Source: an uncultured Alphaproteobacteria bacterium (GTDB lineage: Bacteria > Pseudomonadota > Alphaproteobacteria > Rhizobiales > Beijerinckiaceae). Taken from it: 64,000 bases of DNA. The first letter of the stretch is position 1. Every line of letters starts with the position of its first letter. The notes under the pieces are model-generated. The model was not told where the DNA came from and did no database searches. It saw only the letters and a list, made by a program, of their open reading frames with translations. The stretch covers positions 120,395-184,394 of the forward strand of contig CAWELW010000002.1 in assembly GCA_963809985.1 (NCBI GenBank), read 5' to 3'. Of the stretch, positions 51,183 through 59,277 are shown piece by piece. A program made the position numbers and the translations under genes.

Positions 51183-51226
51183 CCCGAGTGTATGGCGCAA
51201 GTTACCCGAGTGTATGGCGCAAGTTA
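51183..51226. repeat. Perfect 22-bp tandem duplication
   Basis: CCCGAGTGTATGGCGCAAGTTA at 51183-51204, repeated exactly at 51205-51226. Confidence 0.95.
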
Positions 51227-51600
51227 CGAGAGAGGAGCTGAATGTGGCTCGGCTCGATTACATGACGGAAGATCTGGCCAAGAGCGATGGAACGGACAAA
51301 GCAAAGAAGATTATGAACGCCTTCAAAAAAATTCCAGCTTGCTATTGAATTGTCCCGAGACGATCGGCATCGCGCAAAGCTTGTCTTGGTTGAGGCGCCT
51401 CTGTTCCGACGAACGCCAGCCGGCCCGGGAGCACCCATTCCTTTAAGTCTGCGATTCGCATAATCAATATTATGGAACCAAAATCGGCGATGTTACACTT
51501 CCCATACCAAGCTACTTGCGCTAGGATCTGAGTCGCATGGAGGCGCGCTATGAACATGCCTCAGCGGCCTATGTCATCCCATACCGAAGATCGGCCTTCG

Positions 51601-51774
51601 TCATGATTGCTTTGGCGTCTTCGGCTTGGGAGGCGTTTCAGTGATCTTCTTGAATGCCTTGTCGAAATCCTTCGGATCTTCGGACGCATCCACTTCCCGT
51701 GCCATATCGACGAAGCGCTTGTGGCGCTCGGAATCTGTGAGTCCGGATTGTTTATTTGGCCGTCTCGTCGCCAT
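51601..51774 (-). CDS. Cargo ORF 3: 57-aa basic protein. It falls below the ORF-track length cut-off and was found by hand translation.
   Basis: MATRRPNKQSGLTDSERHKRFVDMAREVDASEDPKDFDKAFKKITETPPKPKTPKQS. The ATG lies 2 nt after the stop of the 254-aa ORF (TGAtaATG). Confidence 0.6.
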   Translation of the reverse strand: MATRRPNKQSGLTDSERHKRFVDMAREVDASEDPKDFDKAFKKITETPPKPKTPKQS

Positions 51775-51776
51775 TA

Positions 51777-52541
51777 TCAAGCTGCCAATCTGAATGTGTC
51801 GTCGGAATCGTTATCTTGAAAAACGCGACGCGCAGCGCGACGAAGCAATGCCTGATCGCTGGGCTCGAATTTGCCTTCTAAGACCGCGCCCAGGAAAGGA
51901 GGATTTTCGAGACGTGAAACATCATCCAACTTGGAGTAAGCAAAGGCTATCGAGACCGGCGATGGGCTTACGCGGGAAAAAAATCCAGCTCTCTCACTAG
52001 GCAGATTGACCTTAGCATCGAACGGCCACACTTTTGTAGAAGCTCCGGCAATCTCGACATCCTTCGTGACGTTCCGCTCACCGAATATACGCGCGAGTCG
52101 CAAAGACAATTCTTCTTTGCGACGTATCTCAAAACGCTCCGCAAATTTATCACAAGTACGAAGAAGTGTGATAGCAACAGCGTTCGCCACAATAGACGTG
52201 AGCCCTACCAATCTATCTGCCGGGGCCTGAGCTTCAAATATCTCCCAATCATTGAAGGTAAGTTGCAATTCAGCCGCAACTTTCCGAGCTTCGCGACGGC
52301 AAATGTCATCGGCGCCCATCATCTCGGCTTCACGCATTGCGGCGCCGTCATCAGTTATTGTAAAGGTATTGGGTCCGCCCAACAGTCGGATGCTTATCAA
52401 CCGCCCGCTTGGGAATGCGATCGGGGTTTGGATTGAGACATCATTCCCATGGACCTTAGCATAGGCGAGCCCGCGCGCGACCCGCTCCGCAATTTCACGG
52501 AGAGCCTCTATGTCATTCCTTAGAATAAGCTGGCTGACCAT
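51777..52541 (-). CDS. Cargo ORF 2: 254-aa hypothetical protein, possibly DUF1828/DUF1829-like
   Basis: Long ORF inside the IS. Its start overlaps the upstream ORF by 22 nt. ...VSIQTPIAFPSGRLISIRLLGGPNTFTITDDGAAMREAEMMG... resembles the DUF1828 pattern as I recall it. Confidence 0.75.
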   Translation of the reverse strand: MVSQLILRNDIEALREIAERVARGLAYAKVHGNDVSIQTPIAFPSGRLISIRLLGGPNTFTITDDGAAMREAEMMGADDICRREARKVAAELQLTFNDWEIFEAQAPADRLVGLTSIVANAVAITLLRTCDKFAERFEIRRKEELSLRLARIFGERNVTKDVEIAGASTKVWPFDAKVNLPSERAGFFSRVSPSPVSIAFAYSKLDDVSRLENPPFLGAVLEGKFEPSDQALLRRAARRVFQDNDSDDTFRLAA

Positions 52542-53053
52542 GGGGGACTCAGAATCTTTCCGTCTGTGATGATAACATTAAGTTGCGAGCACACAAAGCG
52601 GACAAAAGCATCAAAATCATGCGGTTCTGGGTCAACTGGAACACAAATTGGTAAATTCTTAGCCTGCATCGGTTTGAGCCCAAGTTTCGAATTGTGCCCA
52701 AATTCATGAATGCCGGTCTCAATGGATAATCCCCGCAATTCTCTCGGACCACATTGGTTTAGATGCAGATGCGCAGGCCTCCAATCCATTCTCCATGCAA
52801 CATAATCACGTCCTTGTATGGTCACTATAAGGGAGGCGCTAATATCGCGATCAGGAGTCCCGCGAACAGCGCGCCACGTAATGCGAAGCGTCGCCAGCGT
52901 GAACGGAGGCCCATCCGTCGTTTGTACAATCTCAACCGGAAGAACAAGAATCAAACAATTGCCATTTCCAGCGGTCCAGCCAGCCGGTTCATTTGCGAGC
53001 TTTTCCGCCGTCACGGCGACGCGCATTTCTTCTATAATTTGCGCCTCGTCCAT
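52520..53053 (-). CDS. Cargo ORF 1: 177-aa hypothetical protein with an HEFGH (HEXXH) motif
   Basis: ATG 53053 lies 12 nt after the transposase stop, preceded by AAGGG. HEFGH occupies residues 116-120 (52694-52708). No family recognised. Confidence 0.75.
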   Translation of the reverse strand: MDEAQIIEEMRVAVTAEKLANEPAGWTAGNGNCLILVLPVEIVQTTDGPPFTLATLRITWRAVRGTPDRDISASLIVTIQGRDYVAWRMDWRPAHLHLNQCGPRELRGLSIETGIHEFGHNSKLGLKPMQAKNLPICVPVDPEPHDFDAFVRFVCSQLNVIITDGKILSPPWSASLF

Positions 53054-53065
53054 GGGGCGCCCTTT

Positions 53066-53995
53066 TTATTGCGCCGTCATTCGACTTTCGTGATTAGGCT
53101 GTCGATATGTCAGCCTCTTGCCCTTAGCGCCTTGCAATGCGATTTCCGCACGCTTGGTATCGTCAATACCGAGCTTCGCACGGTTATTTTGGCGGAAATC
53201 GAATTCGGCCAAATACCGATCAAGATGTTTTTCGTCGACGTGCTGATAAATGCCGATCAAACCGCGTTTGAAGATCGAAAAGAAACCCTCAAGAGTATTG
53301 GTGTGAACGTCGCCGCGCGCCCATTCGTACTTCGAATGATCGACACTTTCGTGCTGGCCTGCGTTGACCATGTTCTTGTAATGCTGTGCACCGTCGGTCA
53401 CAAGGCGGCTTTCGAAGTCCAAATGCTCATACAATGCACCTCGGACATTGCGATGGTCGAGGACCATGGAACGGATTGCGCCACCGCGTTCGACTAGGCT
53501 CAGGACTTGAACATTGGGCCGCTCTGGATTGGGCCTGCGAGACTTGTGCGAGCGGCTGAGAACGGTTTCGTCGGCCTCGACGGTCTTGCCTTGGCCACCG
53601 AGGGGCTCGATCGAACCGCGAGCCGGTGCCATTGCCGCGCGAATGCGGTGGCCGAGGAACCACGCGGTTTTCATGCTGCAATTGAGCATCCGCTGGATTT
53701 GGCGAGCGGAAATTCCTTTCTTGCTGGCGCACATCAAATGGATGACCTGCAACCAGAGATGCAAAGCCAGATGCGAGGACTCGAAAATGGTTCCCATCCG
53801 CACGGTGAAAGGCTTTTTGCAGGCGTAGCATTTGCAGAGACCCGGCCGAGTGGTCTTGCCGTTCAATCGGCCGACCTTTGCGGTTTCCCCGCAATGCGGA
53901 CAAACCGGGCCATTCGGCCAAAGATTCTCTTCGACATAGGCGAAAGCGGCTTCTTCGGTTTGGAAATGAGGGGCGGAAAGAACGGACTTGGCCAT
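53066..53995 (-). CDS. IS1595-family (ISXO2-like) transposase
   Basis: 309 aa. N-terminal zinc ribbon CPHCG...CKCYACKKPF. Then the DDE domain (VEADETV..., TDGAQHYK, HTNTLEGFFSIFKRG). Confidence 0.9.
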   Translation of the reverse strand: MAKSVLSAPHFQTEEAAFAYVEENLWPNGPVCPHCGETAKVGRLNGKTTRPGLCKCYACKKPFTVRMGTIFESSHLALHLWLQVIHLMCASKKGISARQIQRMLNCSMKTAWFLGHRIRAAMAPARGSIEPLGGQGKTVEADETVLSRSHKSRRPNPERPNVQVLSLVERGGAIRSMVLDHRNVRGALYEHLDFESRLVTDGAQHYKNMVNAGQHESVDHSKYEWARGDVHTNTLEGFFSIFKRGLIGIYQHVDEKHLDRYLAEFDFRQNNRAKLGIDDTKRAEIALQGAKGKRLTYRQPNHESRMTAQ

Positions 53996-54153
53996 GGGAA
54001 AAGCTCCTATGACCAGGATTCTATATCAAGAGGTCAGGTATGTCAAGTGTAACATCGCCCCAAAATCCCTGGCCAAGCCAAGACAGATGTCATATTCAGT
54101 CCCAGCTAATCAGGCCGCGTTGCGCGCAAACCGGCACCGCGCCGAGGCGGCCT

Positions 54154-54951
54154 TCAAGTCTCGATGCGCATGCCGTCGAAGGCCGGCTCGACATTTGCGG
54201 GCAATTCGCGCCGCAGCCGCTCGAAATCAAGATCCGTATGGAGGTTCGTCAGGATCGCCCGCCGCGGCCGCAATCTGGCGATCCAGTCCAGTGTTTCGGC
54301 AAGACAGAAGTGAGCGGGATGCGGCATGTAACGCAAAGCATCGACGATCCAAAGGTCGAGGTCTTCGAGAAATCCTCGGCTTTCTGCAGGAATGGCATTG
54401 AGATCGGGCGAATAGGCAATATTGCCGAAGCGAAATCCGAGGGCGTCGACGTCGCCGTGTTCGAGCCGGAACGGCAAAAACTCGATCGCACCACCGGCGC
54501 CGCCGATCTTGCAAGCTTTCCCGCTGATCAGGCGCTTTTCATTGAGAAGCGGCGGATAGAAGCTGCCTAGCGGCGTCTCGAATATATAGCTGAATTTGTG
54601 CCGGACAATGGCCGAGGTCGCGGCGTCCATGTGTAAGTCGATACGCCGCTTGGCTGTAAGGACGAGCGGCCGGACATCATCCATTCCATGGGTGTGGTCG
54701 GCATGACTGTGCGTGAGCAGGATAGCGTCGAGCGAAGCGACGCCGCTTGCAAGTAATTGTTCGCGCAGATCTGGCGACGTGTCGACAAGCACTTTGGTCG
54801 CGTCGGTGTCGGCTGCTTTCTGCGCCACTAAAATCGAACATCGGCGGCGCCGGTTCTTCGGATTGTTCGGATCGCAGGCGCCCCAGCCTTGCCCGACGCG
54901 CGGCACGCCGCCCGACGAGCCGCAGCCGAGAATTGTGACGCAAAGGCTCAC
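54154..54951 (-). CDS. MBL-fold metallo-hydrolase
   Basis: 265 aa from GTG 54951, with GTGA overlap with the tatD-family stop. Contains the HSHADHTHG motif. The longer ORF to 55491 overlaps the upstream gene out of frame. Confidence 0.88.
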   Translation of the reverse strand: MSLCVTILGCGSSGGVPRVGQGWGACDPNNPKNRRRRCSILVAQKAADTDATKVLVDTSPDLREQLLASGVASLDAILLTHSHADHTHGMDDVRPLVLTAKRRIDLHMDAATSAIVRHKFSYIFETPLGSFYPPLLNEKRLISGKACKIGGAGGAIEFLPFRLEHGDVDALGFRFGNIAYSPDLNAIPAESRGFLEDLDLWIVDALRYMPHPAHFCLAETLDWIARLRPRRAILTNLHTDLDFERLRRELPANVEPAFDGMRIET

Positions 54952-55748
54952 GCTGGCGCGCCTGCGGGATGCGGAGCGGGCATTTTCGAGAACAGGCGCA
55001 GCGCGTTGGCGCTGGTCGCCGCGGCGATGTCCGGCGCCGACATGGCTTTGACAGCGGCGAGGACCTTCGCAGTTTCGGCGACGAACGCGGGTTCGTTGCG
55101 CTTGCCGCGGTACGGCGCCGGTGCGAGAAACGGCGCGTCCGTCTCGACGAGCAGACGATCGAGCGGAACATCGCCTGCGATGGCGCGCAGCTCGTCGGAT
55201 TTCTTGAAAGTCAGCACCCCGGAAAACGAGATGAAAAGCCCGAGCGAGATGGCCGTTTCGGCCAGTCGCCGGGATGCGGTGAAACAATGCAGCAAAGCTT
55301 TGAAGGCGCCCTTCCCCATCTCGTCTTCGAGAATGGCGGCGATGTCGGCATCGGCGTCCCGCGCATGGATGACGAGCGGCAAGCCGGTTGCGCGTGCCGC
55401 CGCGATATGGGTTCGAAAGACCCGCTTGGCAATATCGCGGGGAGCTCTGTCGTAGTGATAGTCGAGACCCGTCTCGCCAATGCCGACGCATTTGGGGTGG
55501 CCGGCAACGCTCACCAGATCTTCCAGCGTGACGTCGCTTTCTTCATGCGCCTGGTGCGGATGCGTTCCGACGGTGCAGAAGACGTCTGGGTAAGTTTCTG
55601 CCAAGCCCGCGATTGTTTGGAATTCGGCGACGCGCGTCGAGATCGTGATCATGCGCACGAGACCGGCGGCTCGGGCGCGGCCCACAATGGCGTCACGCTC
55701 GCCGGCAAAATCTTCGAAATCGAGATGGCAATGGGTGTCGATCAGCAT
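54948..55748 (-). CDS. TatD-family deoxyribonuclease/hydrolase
   Basis: MLIDTHCHLDFEDF..., 266 aa. ATG 55748 lies 7 nt after the metG stop. Confidence 0.92.
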   Translation of the reverse strand: MLIDTHCHLDFEDFAGERDAIVGRARAAGLVRMITISTRVAEFQTIAGLAETYPDVFCTVGTHPHQAHEESDVTLEDLVSVAGHPKCVGIGETGLDYHYDRAPRDIAKRVFRTHIAAARATGLPLVIHARDADADIAAILEDEMGKGAFKALLHCFTASRRLAETAISLGLFISFSGVLTFKKSDELRAIAGDVPLDRLLVETDAPFLAPAPYRGKRNEPAFVAETAKVLAAVKAMSAPDIAAATSANALRLFSKMPAPHPAGAPA

Positions 55749-55755
55749 TCTTTCC

Positions 55756-57300
55756 TCAGACGGCTTTGGCTTCGACATAACGCGGGAAAATGGCAGCCGG
55801 CATTGGTAGAGGCCGCCCTGAGGCACCGGTCCGCGCTATGTGCTCGAAGCGGCGATGTTCCTGCGCGATGCCCAAAAGGTCGAGCAGCGCCCCCATCGCG
55901 GTGGGCATGAATGGCTGAGAGAGGATCGCGATCTTGCGCAAGACTTCCGTGGTAACGTAGAGGATCGTCGCCATGCGGACGGGATCTGTCTTGCGTTTGA
56001 CCCAAGGCTGCTCGGCCGCAAAATAGCGATTGGCGTCGCCGACGACGCGCCAGATATCGGCGAGGATCACATGCAGCGCGAAGCTCTGCATGGCAAGCCG
56101 CGCCTTGCCCAGGAGCGCATCCGCCTCGCCCAGGATCGCCAGATCCGCCTCCGTGAATTGCGATGGGTTTGGCATTTCGCCTTCACAATTCGTAGCGATC
56201 ATCGACAGTGAGCGCTGCGCCAGATTGCCGAGATCATTGGCGAGATCGGCATTGGTTCGATTGACGATGGCTTCATGCGAATAATTTCCGTCCTGTCCGA
56301 ACGGGACTTCGCGGAGGAAGAAATAGCGCAGCGCATCGACGCCGTAATGTGCCGCCAACGCGAAAGGATCGATGACGTTGCCGACGGACTTCGACATTTT
56401 CTCGCCGCGGTTGAAGAGAAAGCCGTGCACGACGATCTGCTTCGGCAACGGCAATCCGGCCGAAAGGAGAAACGCGGGCCAGTAGACGGCATGGAAGCGC
56501 GTGATGTCCTTGCCGATGACATGCGCATCGGCAGGCCAGAAGCGGGCGCGCGGGTTGTGCAGGTCGGGAAACCCCGTAGCGGTAATATAATTCGTGAGCG
56601 CATCGACCCAGACATACATGACATGTTTGGGATCGCCCGGGACCGGCACGCCCCAGTCGAAAGTCGAGCGGCTGACGGAAAGGTCGTTGAGGCCGCGTTC
56701 GACGAAACTGATGATCTCGTTTCGATAGGTCTCGGGCACGATGAAATCGGGATGCGCGCGATAGTGCGCGAGCAATTTCGATTGATAGGCGGAAAGCCTG
56801 AAATAATAGCTTTCTTCCTCGATCCATTCGACGGGGGCGCCGCTCGGCGCGAGCCGCCCGCCCTCGGCCGTCAGTGTCAGTTCGTCTTCGGCAAAAAATG
56901 CTTCGTCGCGGACCGAATACCAGCCGGGATATTTCGACAGGTATATGTCGCCCGCCGCAGCCATGCGCAGCCAGATTTCCTGTGTAGCCGCTCTGTGGCG
57001 CGGCTGCGTCGTCCGCACGATATCGTCGGCCGGCGCGCTCAGCGCAAGCCCCATGGCGGCAAATTGGGCTGCCGTCTTGTCAGCGAGCTGTTGCGGGGTG
57101 ATCCCTTCGCGGGCCGCCGTTTGCTGCATTTTCTGGCCGTGCTCGTCCATGCCGGTGACAAACAGGACGTCGAAACCGTCGAGTCGCTTGAACCGCGCGA
57201 TCGCGTCGGTCGCGATCCGTTCATAGGCGTGACCGATATGCGGCGCGCCATTGGCATAGGGAATGGCGGTAGAGATGTAGAAGGTGGGCCGGCCGGCCAT
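55756..57300 (-). CDS. metG: Methionyl-tRNA synthetase (short form)
   Basis: [27 protein letters not shown]..., KMSKS motif, 514 aa. ATG 57300 chosen inside ORF 55756-57453. Confidence 0.95.
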   Translation of the reverse strand: MAGRPTFYISTAIPYANGAPHIGHAYERIATDAIARFKRLDGFDVLFVTGMDEHGQKMQQTAAREGITPQQLADKTAAQFAAMGLALSAPADDIVRTTQPRHRAATQEIWLRMAAAGDIYLSKYPGWYSVRDEAFFAEDELTLTAEGGRLAPSGAPVEWIEEESYYFRLSAYQSKLLAHYRAHPDFIVPETYRNEIISFVERGLNDLSVSRSTFDWGVPVPGDPKHVMYVWVDALTNYITATGFPDLHNPRARFWPADAHVIGKDITRFHAVYWPAFLLSAGLPLPKQIVVHGFLFNRGEKMSKSVGNVIDPFALAAHYGVDALRYFFLREVPFGQDGNYSHEAIVNRTNADLANDLGNLAQRSLSMIATNCEGEMPNPSQFTEADLAILGEADALLGKARLAMQSFALHVILADIWRVVGDANRYFAAEQPWVKRKTDPVRMATILYVTTEVLRKIAILSQPFMPTAMGALLDLLGIAQEHRRFEHIARTGASGRPLPMPAAIFPRYVEAKAV

Positions 57301-57335
57301 CAGCGTCGATACTCCGGCCACGTCGCGACATTGCC

Positions 57336-58415
57336 TCAGGCCGCAAGAGCCCGGGCCGCCGCCGCGAGTTCGGCGAAAAGGGATAAGATTAGCGCCCGCT
57401 TGTCGAGGTTCAGCACCTCGGTCTCGCGCGCCGTTTCGCCGACCTTTTCCCATACCTGGGCCAAGGCGGCAAGGCGGGCGGCGCCCCGCCCCGCCTCAGT
57501 CCGCAAGGTTTCGTCGATCCAGTCGATCACCGACGTCATCATCAGCTGAAAATCCGCTTCGGACTCGCGTGTGGCGAGCCGATCGGCAAGCGCATGAACG
57601 CCGCGCCAATCGATTTCCGGCAGCGCCTGCAACAGACTGAGCAGTTGCTCTTCTTGTTCGAGGCCGCGGCCGGCGAGGAGCCGCAACGCCGCCGGCACCG
57701 AGCCTTTCGCACGCTCTGCCGCGGCGCGGCAGGCTTGCGGTCCCGCCTGTGTCCAGGACCCGCCGAGATTCCCGATCACCGCGACGATTTCTTCGGTGCT
57801 GAGCGGTTTGAGCAAAACGATCCGGCAGCGCGACCGTAAAGTCGGCAGGACGAGACCGGGCTTGTTCGCAACAATGAGAAAAAGTGAGCGCGGCGGCGGC
57901 TCTTCGATGAGTTTCAAGAGCGCATTGCCGCTGTGTCGGTTGAAGTCGTCGGCGCAATCGACGATGCAGATACGATAGCCGCCCGCCCCTGCCGCATGGT
58001 GAAAGAGATGAACGGCGCTGCGAACCTCTTCGGCGCGGATCTCGGTGAAAAAGCGCTTCGATTTTTCGTTCCACTCGCGCCGCAAAAGGCAGAGGTCGCC
58101 ATGCGCGTGCGCCGCGAGTTTGCGCGCTACGGGGTGATTGGGGTCGACCGCGAGATCGGTCGCGTTCTGCACGGCGACAGAGATCGGATCGGGATGAGCG
58201 AGGAGGAAACGGCTGAGGCGCCAGGCGAGCGTCGCCTTTCCTATGCCATGCGGTCCGGCGATGATGATGGCTTGCGGCAAGCGGTCGGCACGATAGGCGG
58301 CGAGCAAGTCCCGCTCGACATCGGCATGGCCGACGAGCGCGAACGTCTCGCGCGGATGCGCGGCATCTTCGAAACGATCGCTCTCAGGCTGCGACTCCTC
58401 GGGTCTACGCGCCAT
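57336..58415 (-). CDS. holB: DNA polymerase III subunit delta'
   Basis: 359 aa, with [11 protein letters not shown] (Walker A-like) and typical tmk-holB-metG order. ATG 58415 chosen inside ORF 57336-58505. Confidence 0.88.
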   Translation of the reverse strand: MARRPEESQPESDRFEDAAHPRETFALVGHADVERDLLAAYRADRLPQAIIIAGPHGIGKATLAWRLSRFLLAHPDPISVAVQNATDLAVDPNHPVARKLAAHAHGDLCLLRREWNEKSKRFFTEIRAEEVRSAVHLFHHAAGAGGYRICIVDCADDFNRHSGNALLKLIEEPPPRSLFLIVANKPGLVLPTLRSRCRIVLLKPLSTEEIVAVIGNLGGSWTQAGPQACRAAAERAKGSVPAALRLLAGRGLEQEEQLLSLLQALPEIDWRGVHALADRLATRESEADFQLMMTSVIDWIDETLRTEAGRGAARLAALAQVWEKVGETARETEVLNLDKRALILSLFAELAAAARALAA

Positions 58416-59277
58416 GCAATGGCCGTCCCGACGATCGATCGAGCAGGCGATGCGTGATCGCATCCCAAATGGATTGGGCCACCTCGCCTTCGCTCTTTGA
58501 CGCATCGATGACGATACAACGATCCGGTTCGGCGGCCGCGATGGCCAAAAAGGCCTCCCGCAGGGCTGAATGGAAGGCCATGTCTTCGCTTTCGAAACGA
58601 TCGGTGGGCGCGGCTGCGCCGCGCCGTAGCGCGGCGCGCGCGAGACCGACCTCGGCGGGCAGATCTAGAAACACGGTGAGATCCGGCCTGAGTCCGCACA
58701 AAGTGACGCGTTCGAGCGCCTGCAGGAAGCGCGGCTCGACACCCCCTATCGCGCCTTGATAGGCGCGGGTCGAATCGGAGAAGCGATCGCTCACGACCCA
58801 AGTTCCGGCGGCGAGCGCCGGCGCGATCAATTTGTCTATATGGTCGATCCGCGCGGCCGCAAACAAGATGGCCTCGGCCTTTGGTCCAAGTGATTTTACG
58901 GTCCCGGCAAGCAGCAGAGTCCGCAGCATTTCGGCGTCGGGCGAACCGCCCGGTTCGCGCGTCGCGATTGCGTCTATGCCTTCTGCCGCTAGGCGCGCCA
59001 CGATGTGCTGGACCTGCGTTGACTTACCTGCGCCCTCGCCACCCTCCAGCGTTATGAAAACACCCCGTCGTGCGCGGGCGGATGAAGCGTCGCGCAACAA
59101 GTCCGCCGCTGAATAGCTCGGATGAGCGATGGTTGCGGCAGTTTCCGCACGGCCGCCATCGGGTCGTAAAGCGCACGCAACCAATTCGGCGGCGATATCT
59201 ACTATGGGGTCCACGACGCCGGACTTTTCAGCGCGGTCGGCCGCCGGCAGATGCATAATCTCATTTTTTCCAGACAT
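58405..59277 (-). CDS. tmk: Thymidylate kinase (dTMP kinase) with an atypically long N-terminal region; start uncertain
   Basis: Core starts at RGVFITLEGGEGAGKSTQ, about residue 71. ATG 59277 has GGGAGGA 10 nt upstream. Alternative starts are ATG 59256 or TTG 59097, the latter giving a typical 230 aa. Confidence 0.85.
   Translation of the reverse strand: MSGKNEIMHLPAADRAEKSGVVDPIVDIAAELVACALRPDGGRAETAATIAHPSYSAADLLRDASSARARRGVFITLEGGEGAGKSTQVQHIVARLAAEGIDAIATREPGGSPDAEMLRTLLLAGTVKSLGPKAEAILFAAARIDHIDKLIAPALAAGTWVVSDRFSDSTRAYQGAIGGVEPRFLQALERVTLCGLRPDLTVFLDLPAEVGLARAALRRGAAAPTDRFESEDMAFHSALREAFLAIAAAEPDRCIVIDASKSEGEVAQSIWDAITHRLLDRSSGRPLHGA

Larger units (their letters stand above)
51486..54059 (-). 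mobile_element. IS1595-family transposon (2574 bp) carrying a transposase plus three cargo ORFs
   Basis: Terminal IR GGCGATGTTACACTTCCCATACC (51486-51508) against the reverse complement of 54037-54059: 21/23 match, with the first 15 perfect. 8-bp direct repeat CCAAAATC at 51478-51485 and 54060-54067. Confidence 0.92.
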
